Source: Lingula anatina
Lineage: Eukaryota > Animalia > Brachiopoda
Reading direction: 5' to 3'
NCBI GenBank assembly: GCA_051362555.1
Contig: CM120643.1
Coordinates: 11,940,644 to 12,004,643 of the forward strand
DNA length: 64,000 bases
The position numbers and the translations under genes were made by a program. The notes beneath the pieces are model-generated. The model was not told the origin of the DNA. It saw nothing but the letters and a program-made list of their open reading frames with translations, and searched no databases. Shown here piece by piece: positions 49,601 through 61,668 of this stretch; position 1 is the stretch's first letter, and every line of letters begins with the position of its first letter.

Positions 49601-52412
49601 ACGCCGGTTTAAAAGTCACAAGAGACACCTTTCGTGTCCCTTTGGCCTGTAGTCCCCCTTTATGTACCCTTGGACATAATAAGGGATCCAAGATGTACCC
49701 TAGGTTCTAGATTTATGCCCTTGCCGTCATAACGCATCCCTTCTTTTGGTAAAATCCTTCTCCGTCCGGTGTGCTCTTTTTGTAGAATAAGCCATTATGT
49801 GGTATTCTAAACAGAGACTTTGAGAGTGCACAGGATGTTGTAATGTTATAAGGTACACGAGTTGGACACCGGAAAATATAGTAAATCATGAATAAAAATA
49901 TTAATTATTCAAGTACAATTCAATACCACGCCGATGAAAAACAGCTGCTCATTAGCATTTCCTCTAACAAAATGGCCTCTTCATCTTATATTTTCAAATG
50001 CTGTTTCATGCTGTTTACGTATGCGTTGACGTGAAGGTAAAATGATGCTTGTAATGGTAATACCTAGCTTGATACTTCAGATCAAGATCGCAGAGCGCTC
50101 GCAGTCGGACGATGACCTCATAGAGGATATTTACATGGTTCGAGATGACTTCTCCGGGCATTTGGAGTATTTCGATGGAAACACCAATATTGGGATGCTG
50201 GTTATCAATAAATACAAATATACCTTGCACTTCGTCGGCCCTTCTCCTGACCATGTTACCTTTTTACTGGACGGCTTCGAAATGTAGGTCTACATATTTT
50301 TTAAAAAAAAGTGAAGGTATTTCTATTCAATAATGACAGAATAATTCTCCCGTCTGTAAAATATTTTTTCGTTAATTTATTGTATTCCCTTTCGCATTCA
50401 TTATCAAGTTTAAACGGAGTGCGGTGATTTTTTGAAATGGACGCCTTGACATTGTATTTTCTTCCTTTCCTCTTCTTTATCACACTTATGTAACTATTTC
50501 AGAGGAGACAAGGTGAGAGTGGGCATATGTTTCCCGAAAGACACTACATCATTCACCATCAAGAAAAAATTCTTTGGTACAAATTTTGTGTACGCAACCA
50601 GTATTGAAGACTTTGAAGAGAAGTCTCTTACCAGCCATCTTGTGGCGTACTGGGACTCGTCGACAGGGTAAGATACAAAAATAATTATTGGAACAATTTT
50701 TTGTCTGTTGTGTTGAGATTGTAAAAATTGGTAAAAAAGTAAAATCTGTGGTCAAGGCTCTTTAATGATAGGTAAAAACGCAATACCTTATACAGATGTA
50801 CGTAAAACACGATTAGACTCTCTTCCAACTTTTACTTATAAAAACTGCTAAATCATTAGGTCCTTTGTTAGACACTCAGGTATTTGAAATATATTGTAAC
50901 TGATATATCCTATATTTTGGATGTTGCTTTAAGTCACACTATAGCATATCGGCTGCTTTTACCCGTTGATAACGCATGTTCATAACTACTGAAAATTAAT
51001 TACATTATTGATTTATACTGTGTTCTTTTCGTAGCCTGCTCTTCCTATATTTTGAGGGAAAATACGACAGGGAAGATGGTGACGACAATTCTTGTCCCGG
51101 AAAGAAGTGCCCCAAAATCATCATCGACCGCAACGACGGCAGTATGAGCGCGGCCACGTGTTATACTGACGCTTACGGGCCTTACGCCACAGATCTTGTG
51201 GTGAGTTGATCTTGATTTATGGCTACGTTTACAATGAAACTTTCGTACTAGGTAGGTCGATCCAATTCCGCGGGGACTATCGCTGAATGCAATCAGATTA
51301 ACTGAAAAACACGCCTCCTCGAGCAGCTTGGGGGTGATTCTGGAAGCTTTTATCACTTCGTTTTGAGTGCAATCGAACGCACGCAAAAGTTAATTAACCC
51401 CTAGCCGTTTGAGGAGGTGCATCATTCAGTTAATCGGAGTTGGATCGATCTACCTAGTATGATAGTTTCATTGTGAGCGCACCCTAAGAAATGTTTGAAA
51501 GTGATCTGCTATGACATATGTATGATTTGAACGGTGCATTCCCTTTAGAAAAAAACTTGCCTAGCTGTCGATTCACATGTCAAAATATACCAATTGGGCG
51601 TTCGTCATATAGAAATAGAGCTTTAGAAAAGCAGCTTCCTCGCTAGGTCTGAGAGTTCGTGAGCCACACTGTCAATAGCTCAGCCTCCCCCCTCCTATAG
51701 GCCTACTGTAGGCGAGGGAACAGAGTGTCGACGCCGGTGCCTTTTTTTTAACTGTGATTTTTATTTTCATTCCAAATTAAATATCACTCTACCACAATAA
51801 AGCATCATAGCATGTTACTGAAAATACTCATATCAAGCATGCAGTGATAAAATCACATTTCACTTTACGAATCATTTATAGAATTTATAGAAATAGCTGT
51901 TGGTCTTTGATAATGTAAATAAGGTCAAAGTTAGATTTTGGTCGATGGCACATCCATGTTTCGCTATTTTTAAAAACTCAAACCATTTTATCCCAATATT
52001 TTAGCCACCAGACGATACTGCACTGACGCCGCCCGACGCAGCAGACGAGATAGTGACACCCGAACCGAGCGCGGACGTGAGTTGTCCTTTTGTTAATAGT
52101 CTGTTAAAGATTTTTAATTTGCAGATTTGAATTTATTTGTAAAGTTTGCAGATATGCCACTTATAATGCGATAAAGAATCATAAGTAAATTTTTACAATA
52201 GACTAGGCGACCCAGTGACCAGCTACTGTACGTCAAAGGTGTAACGTACATTGTACCAGTACTGTGCTTTTGTAAAAGACATAGAAGCTCAACAACTGGT
52301 TTAAGAATTTATGAATTGATTTTAATATAAAGGAATAAAGTTTTTCTTTTTCTTTCAGCTGGGAGCTGGTCCCACCAAACCGTTCTTGATAAGAAGTAAA
52401 CCAACTGCGTAA
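37634..52412 (+). CDS. CEMIP/TMEM2 (KIAA1199)-like protein: signal peptide, G8 domain, GG-type region, PbH1 beta-helix repeats; 23 exons
   Basis: Exons: 37634-37792, 39293-39536, 39847-40013, 40319-40460, 41564-41728, 42454-42681, 43036-43140, 43440-43609, 43973-44045, 44563-44693, 45184-45317, 45618-45684, 46213-46347, 46792-46988, 47976-48011, 48300-48437, 48760-48946, 49193-49402, 50081-50283, 50503-50667, 51035-51200, 52005-52076, 52359-52412. Motifs: CPW...LKPWS, FGQKFLGVQEGGTLELHG..K.AWTKL, WEAGDRIVVTSTDY...QAEE, DMRAEV.VLTRNV, DTWGGHIK, YPIHFHM, SIHHSYSRC, GHCYFLEDGGE, STFWI, DYDGSITG. Confidence 0.9.
41811..42074 (+). mobile_element. Helentron-associated (HINE/DINE-1-like) element, copy 2
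   Basis: TTACCTCCGCCAAGGAGGTTATGTTTTCACCCC, (GTTT)n, ...GCTGCCTTGGCGGATGTCTGCGCTTTCGGAGTGCTTTTCTAGTT. Confidence 0.8.
42168..42247 (-). mobile_element. Tail-only (extreme 5'-truncated) copy of the L2/CR1-group LINE
   Basis: The reverse complement reads TGTAAAGTCTACTGAACATTTTTAATGGATTTTAGATTATAAATAAA...(ATT)n, matching the 3' ends at ~939 and ~5947. Confidence 0.8.
47331..47573 (+). mobile_element. Helentron-associated (HINE/DINE-1-like) element, copy 3
   Basis: TTATTACTTCCGCCAAGGAGGTTATGTTTTCACCCC, (GTCT)n, ...CCTTGGCGGAGGTCTGCGCTCTCGGAGTGC. Confidence 0.8.
49435..49607. mobile_element. Small MITE with CCGG termini
   Basis: CCGGTGCGACAGACAATGGT...ACCATTCCTGTCACGCCGG imperfect TIRs, within a CEMIP intron. 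Confidence 0.5.
51232..51473. mobile_element. Palindromic MITE family member (same family as ~16990)
   Basis: CAATGAAACTTTCGTACTAGGTAGGTCGATCCAATTCCG ... CGGAGTTGGATCGATCTACCTAGTATGATAGTTTCATTG inverted ends. Confidence 0.75.
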
Positions 52413-53716
52413 CTGCATCCGACGGGAAAAGTTTATTTTGAATTCTTTGAATTGTTGATTAAATTTCTCTGTGGCACAAAATTTCCATTGTATGAACTAA
52501 ATATAGAAATAAACTTCAACATAGCAAAAGACGGAGCATGATAGAAAAAGAAAACAAAAAAGAACCATAAAAAAACAAGTTATCGTATCCGTACGCACAC
52601 TTGTGACACGTCTTCAGTACTGCGCACGCGCGCGGTCGTGACGAAGCTTTCTATATATATATATATATAGACTTTCTGACAAATGTAAACGGAAAACTCA
52701 AGGAAAACCTGATAACCCTTGTTAAGCTTGAAAGCGAAGAACCCAGGACACCAAAAACGCATGGAACATGGACTTTGATTTATATTTGTTAAGGGTCAAA
52801 GAAACATTGCATGAAAAATGCTTTGTGCTAGGTATAGAAAGTTGTAGTTGATTTTAGCAGCATATGAAGCCACGTGAGAATTTCTTATGTCCGCTGTTGA
52901 ACAGTTTAAGATGAGATCTATGTTTTAGTCATCCAGTAGAATAAAAATGAAAAATATGTATAATAAGTATTCTGATACCGGAACTTGCATTAGCAACTGA
53001 TCGACGTTGTGGTCTTAACCTGAGACCTTTCACTATTTAAAGGTCCTGGATGGACAGGTCACCTGATTTATTGATATACGGCTCGAAACAGTCTTCAAAC
53101 GCAACCAGAGAAGCTATTTGGAAGGGGGTAGATAACCCAGCCCTCAACAAAAAAGGAAGCCTCATGTTTAACCTTTCCCACATATGGGGCTGGGAGCTGG
53201 AGACTATTGCTAGCCGTTTGTAGATAAATCAGGTGTCCAGTCCACCCAGGCCGTTACATAGAGAAAGGCCTGAGGTTGAGACCGCAACGTAGGTCAGTTG
53301 CTTATGTACATGTGCAATGTAAGTTCCAGTATCTTAGTTATGCATACTTTTCAGTTCCAAATATGCTTTATCAAAGGTACCTGAAAATAGTCAAATACTC
53401 CGAAAGCCCATGATTTTATGTTCAATCTCTTTAAGTACGGATACAAGTAAAATTATTTTACTTATTCATTAGGAACACGGACGGGACATTAAAAACTCTG
53501 TGGCTTAATTATTGTTACTTTATTTGACTGCTATCTGATTCTGATTTTGCCATTCTCATTGAGATGGCTGAAGTTGGTGTCTAATATTCAGTTTTGTCTT
53601 TTCAAAAACGGTTCTAGCATCCAGAAACTAACGTCGTTTTTCAGAATCGAGTCTGGCGACCACAAAATAGTATTGTTTTTCAAATCAGATTCTGGCTTCT
53701 GACACCCAGAAACTCG

Positions 53717-53762
<46 letters not shown>

Positions 53763-54111
53763 TTGAAAAACTATGTCGGAAACCAGAAACTAGTGCCATT
53801 TTAAAAAACAATTCTGGCATCAAAAAATACATTTACAGCCTATCTCAGAAAACAGTGTTTTGGTATAACAGTACTCTTACAATGTAGCTGCAGAAAAGAA
53901 ATGGAAACTAGCTGTAGCTTATATTCAAAATAATTCCACAGGAATGTGTGAGTTGTTCAAACATGGAATTGTTGCTATAAAGCAAAATGAATGTCTTTTT
54001 AAAAAACGTTTCAAATTATATTCAGAAAATTCAAATGCTTTTAATAACACACATGTTTTCTATGTTAACCAAAGTCTTAAACATTCTCCATGAAACACTT
54101 TTTATGGCGCA

Positions 54112-57100
54112 CTAGTCAGAGTAATCGTCTGGTGGCGTTCCTATAGAACCGTCACGTGACTGATCAGAGGCCGACTGGGCTCGTCTTGGCTTCACGAAGA
54201 CCCGGACTCCTGGAACCGGTTTGCGCTCCATGGCCTAGAAAAGCAGATTTAAAAAAACGTTAACTTTGTTGTCATCTATTTTCTGCGTCAACTGCACATG
54301 AATGTGTCAATTTTTCAAAAGGAAAAAATAAGATTGCCAATCATCTTTTGAAGGGTATGCCTGGTTTGTATGAGGTTGTCGATTTACGGTTTACCTGTGT
54401 TTGATATCTCTCTCTCTCTCTCTCTCTCTCTCTGGCACACACACTCTCTCTCTCTGTGCGCGCGCACACAGACACAACAACAACAACAACATCTTCAACA
54501 ACAACAACACACAGGATGTGTACAACCAACAAAATCATAGATGCGCTTTTTTACCTCCAAATCTATTCTTCGCAGCCTGGCGACTCTATTTTTGTCTCGC
54601 AACCGCGATCCTGGTCCCAACCAGTTTTGTATCTTATTTTCGAGATCGTCCAAATTAGCATGGGATGCGTCCGTACTGGTCACAATGAGACCATGAACAT
54701 CGTTTTGAATTTCCTCAGTCCTAGAGATGCCATTATGCTGTGGGTGTCTCTTCGAGATCAGTCTCTGAAGATGCTTAGGAAGTCTGACTGCAGAATCATC
54801 GTTGAAGTCGATTAGCTCATCTGCACTGGTTGGATGTTCTAACGACTTTCGGTGCTCGTCTCTCAGCTGACGTAGCTTCCGCCGATGTTCTCTAGCGCGA
54901 ATTCTGTGAAAAACGGTTCCTGGAGCGTACTGATCAATCAGAGGCCCCCATGGTGGCACAATGTCTACAGCATCGTCCTTTTTCGTGGGGTTCATTTTTG
55001 ACAAAGTTTTGCTATTTTCTGTATTCTCAATAATGATATTATACTGTTTCGATTTCGACAGAAGTTGCTTCATGAACGGTATGTGTTTTTCAACAACGTC
55101 TGTAATTCTGCACTGTATACGCAGTTCCAAGCCTTGCCTCATTTTTTCAATGGTCTTTGGCTGGCGTTTGACAAACAGTCGATCCCAGTGTCTCATGTCG
55201 AGAGTCAGAATTTCTGTCTTTTGCGTGCATTTTGCCGTCTGGAGAAAGGTTTCATATTCCAACAGAACTTCTATATCACCTGAAAATACAAAAAAATCAT
55301 TGTATAAATCTTTTTGCCAAATAATCAGTTTCTCTAAGCTAGTTCACCATCTATTAAGCCGACGAGCATATCAATCGTAATATATCTGGAAGTGCGCCAT
55401 ATTTAGGTCGTGGCCTAGCTAGCAGTCGGCTCTTCTCATTCTGAATGGTCCCTTAGCCCCACCTACCTATGCACTCATTGGGTCCTAAACAACACACGTC
55501 AATCAACTTCCGTGGCTCCACCTTCTTTTTGTGCGGGTTGGCCTTTTTCTGCAGCACAGCGCGGCTCAGTTTTCTAGAGATAGGAGCACCTCTAAAGACC
55601 AAGAAAAGATTAATGGTAGTTTTCAATCCATTTTCAAAGTCTGATTTTTTTCAAAAACGCATCCCCTTACACCCTGCACAGTATAACTCAATTAGGTATT
55701 GTTTATTTACAATGTTCATGGAAGTATATCATATACTCAAACCATTTTATCCCAATATTTTAGCCACCAGACGATACTGCACTGACGCCGCCCGACGCAG
55801 CAGACGAGATAGTGACACCCGAACCGAGCGCGGACGTGAGTTGTCCTTTTGTTAATAGTCTGTTAAAGATGTTTAATGTGCATATTTGAATTTATTTGTA
55901 AAGTTTGAAGATATACCACTTTTAATGCCATAAAGAACCATATCAAATGAATAATCAGAGAAAAAAATTAACCATAAAAGGATTAGACTTGAGAAATAGG
56001 TCAGTTGATAAAGTGAGTAAAATATTACCCATGTATCCCACTCTTAACAGGTGGCATGAAACACCTGCAAAGGGGATTGAATATTAAATCTATCACAGAA
56101 GTTCAGTAAATGCCTAGATGTTAATGTAAATCAGAAACCCTTACTTTGTTTGTGTGCCGTTTGCATCTTCTTTCTTTCTCTCGGCCCGTACTTTGGTTGG
56201 ACTGCTGGGGAACATGCTTGAGTGAAGCTGTGGATCCATGCTTAATTTGACTTCTCCCCTGCAAACCATCGCGAAGAAAGTGAAGTTATCAACATAATTT
56301 TTTCCTTTATTTTCATCTAATAGTTTTGAATATATACAATGTGGATAGCAATAATTACGTGAACAGCATCCTTTCATTCGCACAGTATATCAGGGGTGGA
56401 TCCAGGATAACATGAAGGGGGGCGGATTTTTTAGGATGCGAAGCCGACCCTCGTCCCTGCGGGTCCGAAAAAATGGTGTTTTAGAGGGCACAAGGTGCCA
56501 TTTGGTACGGTTTAGAACTATGATTTAGCTTGTCAAATTTCTAATTTCCAGAGGGGGGGGGGGGCAGGATATTCCCAGAGGAACCATTTTACAAAAATTG
56601 CTCTCATCACAGACGTGCTCAAATAACAGTTAACCTCATGATTAAAAAAGATAAATATACCTTAAAATAAAGTAAAGGGCATTCACTGGCTGTCCTTGTT
56701 TCGCTAATACACTGTCATAAGTCAGCGTGTGTTTTTCTAGTGCCATGGCCAGCTGCTTTTTATACTTGGGAGGCCACCCGCCGAAAAATTGGTTAGTGCT
56801 CACGAATTTGGCTTTATCCTCGAACTCCTGGGCTAGTACACTTTTGACAGACCTTGTATACAAGTCTCGGTCAATGACAATCATGTCACAGGGATCGTCA
56901 CAAATGATGGACGCTGTCCGAACGCAGTCCTCACTGACCAAAGCTACCTCGCCGAACGTGGCACCTGGGTCTATTGGAAAAAATATTTATGTTGAAATAG
57001 TTATTATATGACAGTTTGATATATTGGAGGAACAATTAACATATGATTATTATTTTAAGGTTTTCGACTAAGACCTCCTTCTGTTTGTGATTAATGCATT

Positions 57101-59416
57101 GAAAAGGTGTTAATAACGCAAGGATTAATAAAGAGGGGCAATGACGAAGTAAATTACTGCTTGGAAAGTGACGTCAATTTTACTAACTTAGAGTTGTGAC
57201 GTAGGTTCCTAATTTTCGACGGTCTCGTACGATGTATTCATCGTCTGTGACGTCACTCTCGTGCTCTGTGCTCTCGTTCTCGGACGAATCCATGTTCTTT
57301 GCATAGAAGATATAGATAGACACTCTACCGCTAAGCAGGATAAAGAAACTGAAAAATAAATTTACTTGCAATTGATTGATTAGTACAACATGAAAGTTTA
57401 GCGCAATAGAGACCCACGTATTTGAAAAAAAATCTTACACTGTACTTCCCAATCACCTTTTATTCGTTTTTCTTTCTGTATCTCTTATGGAGTCTAATAC
57501 AGCCTCAAACAACCTATAACTATTTCACGAAAATTAAGCTTAACGAAAAAAAGATGTTTCGTAAAACAAAGTATAGTTTAAATTTAACTATTCTTTAGCC
57601 TGCAGTCATTAAGTATTCCCTTTACATTCTTACTTCAATATGACAAATGCATGGGGGGTGATATATAATGATAATATGATAATGTTAATAAAAAATGCTC
57701 ACCATTCCCCCTTATCTCCTTGCCGTATGATCAGTTGGTTCTGTCGGTTTTTCACAAAGCTGCAGTGTTTTATGACGTCATGAAGAATATCTGAGAAGAA
57801 AAGTTTTTTAAAAAGTTGAACTCTTTGAAACTTAAAATTGAATACTTAAACAGAAATAACATTAGCTCCCGTTTTTATCAATAGATACGGAAAGCAGATA
57901 CTTTGTCTCCTATGACGTCATGGTCTTCAGGAGTGGCGTGATCGTTTATGAAGCGGTCCATCTACATCTAGTTTGAAAACGTCCTTATAATTACAGTCGT
58001 TAGCCTTATCTGCAAGCCGAAGGGTTGGGGGGGGGGCACAGGAACAAATATTTTTTTTCTCGGCAAGTCGCCACGTCACGTCACGTCATTGACCCCCCTC
58101 CCCCCCCCCCCCACACACACATACATGTACACACCACCACCACCATCCCCCCTTGTGCCTCATTTGCCAGATGATTTTCCACGGGGCAGTGAGTCAGATC
58201 TAAATGCATCAAGTCCAAATATAAAGCCGAAAAAAATTGGAAATTTCAAAACAGAACAGAAATAACCAGTGACGTGTCCGCTACAGGACCACAAACGTAA
58301 TACATGTTTCAGAAACATGTGTTATTGTACTATCCGACACGCGGTGCAGACATCCACCACCGTGGTCTTTCGCCAAACGATGCAGAAACTGGTGGCGATC
58401 GCGGATTTTATTGAGTGTCTACGTGTTGAACATCATACCTTGTTGAGCAAATGTGAAACCAACATAGGAGGGTCATTAATTATGTCTGTTTGTTGAAATT
58501 AGACAACCACTCGCTGTCACACTGAAGTTAGTTTTTACCAACCGATCACATGCAGTGAATCCAATAGATATAAAGCAAGACTCGCGGTATATACCACCAA
58601 TTTGTTTTAAATCATTTGTGAAAAGCCGTGACCTCGAGAATAAGGTGTAATTTTTCTTGGCGGACAAAGATACTAATAACGGTCTTAAACCTCAATTATA
58701 AAGGCCAGTTCAGTAAGATTCAATCGTAATATAAAACTATGAAAATCAAATTGCCATAAGCTTAAATACAACCCGTAGTGATATTGAATCACATATCGTT
58801 TGCCTAACGTCTTGACTTTTCCCTATAATCCACTTACCGTACCACGCGATGAGGAGTCGGTTACATTGTTTGATCTCCGTCAACTATATTTACGGAGCAC
58901 TACTATACGTTAGGGATCAGATTATTTCGTTTGGATTTTCGATTTATTAACCGTCTATATATGTATATTTAGTGGTTAAAGTCACGGGGGGAAATTATGG
59001 GCGCTATATCGTGTAATATCTTTGATTGAAACATTCTTGGCCATATGTTTGCTCAGGTGGTTAAGTTGACAGTGAAAAAAATACTGCTTAGGGATTTGTC
59101 AAAGTGATTTTTCATTTTGTAATAATGATAATCGGTAAAGGTTAAGGTTATTAAGTGTTAAAGTTGACATATTGAGTGGCTGATTGACCTTTTTTTCCCC
59201 TTATCTGCCCCTTATTCGCAAGTTGGACACCTGTCCTCCTCTTATGTCAACAAGCTTGTAATCCTTCAGACTTGACCCATTGTAAAAAAGACGACACGGG
59301 CTGAAATCAGTATCAGCAATTACCTCCAGCAAGGTAAAACAAGAGCAAAGACACAATAATTTTTCAGCACATTCTGGGGAGTTTAAATAAAATGCAGGGC
59401 GTGTCTCCCCCCCCCC

Positions 59417-59463
<47 letters not shown>

Positions 59464-59946
59464 TTTAGGTTTTAGATCCAAATGAATGGCACGAAAATAA
59501 TCAAAATCGATGACCTCGTTTGTTTGGGCAACTGGTCAAATATTTTAATATTAAGTACAACTCTAGTTGGTTCTTTGAATGGTTTAACTATAGATATATT
59601 TATGTACGCGGTCGATTACATTTTATAGTCGAATAAAATTCCTTAATATATGAAATTTTCTTCAAGTGTCAAGAGGTTTTTTCGATATTGGAACATAAGA
59701 AAGCAGATGTTTCTTGTTTAACACTTACTCATCAGTCTATATAGTATCTTAAAGGGATAAGAACTCTTCGTATGAAATCTATATTTTACAATAAATACAT
59801 TGTAAACAACTCATAGAGAAATATTATATATTCTTTTTTACCACAAAAATGGCAATTGTAGCAATAAATCTGAAATACTTGTATGTGCTTGCCATCGGAC
59901 CATGTGACCTCCATAGATGGCTATACTCAGTAATAAGAGATTATTA

Positions 59947-59980
<34 letters not shown>

Positions 59981-61291
59981 GAACTTTTTAGAAAAAAAAA
60001 CAGGGAGTAACTTTGAATTTAGAAATGGATTCATTAACCATTGGTAAGTATGGGAAAATTGCTGTTTACCCAGGAAAATTCATTTTTTGGCCAAAATGAA
60101 CAGTTGTTATCCCTTTAACGAACTGTGTGTAAGGCCCCGTTCCTATAGACACATAGGTCTACGTAGAACTACCCAAATCTACGGGGATTCTTCCTGAGTG
60201 TCATCAGCTTAACAGATTAACATGCCTGCTCCTGGCCATAATACAGAAAAGCTGGTTATTATACGTTGAAATAAGAGGAGGCGTGTCGACGTCATTCAGT
60301 TAAGCTGATTGCACTAAGCGAGAGTCCCCGCAGGATTGAGTCGATCTGCGTAGACGGATGGCGTGAAAAAATTCAGTATTTCAGCTCCTTTGTACCATGA
60401 CCAAAGGAGTTTGCAATTAGTGGCGCACTCGTACCGTTTTTATTAATACTGGCACCGCTTATCAGAATTAATAAACTTCCATCGTTATTAAGAGTCCGCC
60501 GTCTTTATTGACATATTGCCGGGTCACCCCTTGTTGTGCTCAGTTCAAGCCAGGGCAAAGGTTTACTATTGGCAACCATGTCCGTTTAACCCTTGTTACT
60601 GTCGAGGAAGAAAATGATGACTTTATTAACCGTGGCAGGTAAAGGAGACGATTAGAAAACAAATGCGATTTTTCACTGTTCAGTTTTGGGTAAGCGTAAA
60701 GAAAAGTCCGGTCGTAAATGTGATTTTTGATTAATGGGTATAATCAGTGCTTATTAGCACCCTTTGAACTGAAGGATCATGTGTGAAAGTACGCCTTCTT
60801 TAGTGAAATAAGTACTTATAAAGTAGTTCAAGGCTTTCCTGACCTTTTAAAGGGCAAATGTGTCGGACTCAAGGTCTATAAACAAGGCTATTGCTTTAAA
60901 TTAATTGATATTCATTAAAATGGTTTCAAAATCAGACAGACTCTTAAAAATGCAAATTCAGTCTATTCTATTTATTGGCACATTAGAAGCTTTCTATGCT
61001 AAACTGACCTTTAAGGTAGACAAACTTGTTTTTGGGTCCTAAAGAATTTTTTTCCAAAACCAATCTTGAAGTTGGCATAACTAACATTTCAAATACTCAA
61101 GCCATGCAGACCCCCCCCCCCAAAGAAAAAGTGCAAAAAGAGGAAATAAGCTCACCTGATTTCAGATCCTTAAACAGCTCCGATTTTTTCTTGAACCACG
61201 GTAACAATGGTGCGATCTCGAAGTCCTTTCTCTCCGACGTGGGCTTCGAGATCACTTCCACGACCTGCGCGTAAACGCTTGGCCTGCTCAT
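54112..61291 (-). CDS. Tandem cyclic-nucleotide-binding domain protein (CNBD2-like), 8 coding exons
   Basis: Exons in transcript order: 61291-61156, 57790-57703, 57348-57188, 56970-56661, 56258-56145, 55591-55467, 55279-54555, 54234-54112. Motifs: IIRQGDKGECFFILLSGRVSIY, GATFGEVALVSEDCVRTASII (phosphate-binding cassette), and a second domain LAKQGQPVNALYFILRGEVK...LGPNECIGDIE. The start codon and last exon are less certain. Confidence 0.82.
55735..55942 (+). repeat. Displaced ~205-bp duplicate of CEMIP-like exon 22 and flanking intron (source 51976..52183)
   Basis: Identical acceptor, 72-bp exon (55764-55835) and GTGAG donor; the downstream flank is diverged. Confidence 0.95.
59753..60114. 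mobile_element. Kolobok-like non-autonomous DNA transposon with TTAA target-site duplication
   Basis: TTAA|AGGGATAAGAACT ... AGTTGTTATCCCT|TTAA: RR...YY termini with TTAA flanks. A second partial copy lies at 30565. Confidence 0.7.
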
Positions 61292-61668
61292 TGTTCGCAG
61301 GGAATCCAAATACTCACACTAGAAATCAAAATACAATAATGTCACAACTTTCACTAAGTGCACATCGTGGCCAAAGGAGCCGCATTCAACTGAGGAGAAA
61401 CGCTGTATTTATTTTGAGACCGTAGATCAAATACAAGGTGTCGATTAGACTGAAAGATGGAATTATCATAGCGCACCTTGAACATGATCGTTTACTTTGT
61501 TTGGGGGTTTTAGAGGGCGGTGAAGTCCATCGGTGTTAAATGGCCCGCAAAAGAAAATAAACGCAGATAGTGTGATTGTGCAGAGCATATGTAATATGAA
61601 GTAAAGAAACTGTGTCCACGGAAGGTAATTGTCTGAATGTTAACAACCAAACTTACGTATAACAACTA

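Noticed and set aside
53600-53830. Degenerate ~38-bp tandem repeat (CCAGAAACT...TTCTGGC) interrupted by (ATT)n
   Set aside because: Too decayed to define a unit; probably an internal repeat of an old transposon.
54124-54136. 13-bp inverted match (GCCACCAGACGAT) between the cNMP gene last exon and the duplicated CEMIP exon start
   Set aside because: Too short to separate from chance in 64 kb, and it does not coincide with the duplication breakpoints.
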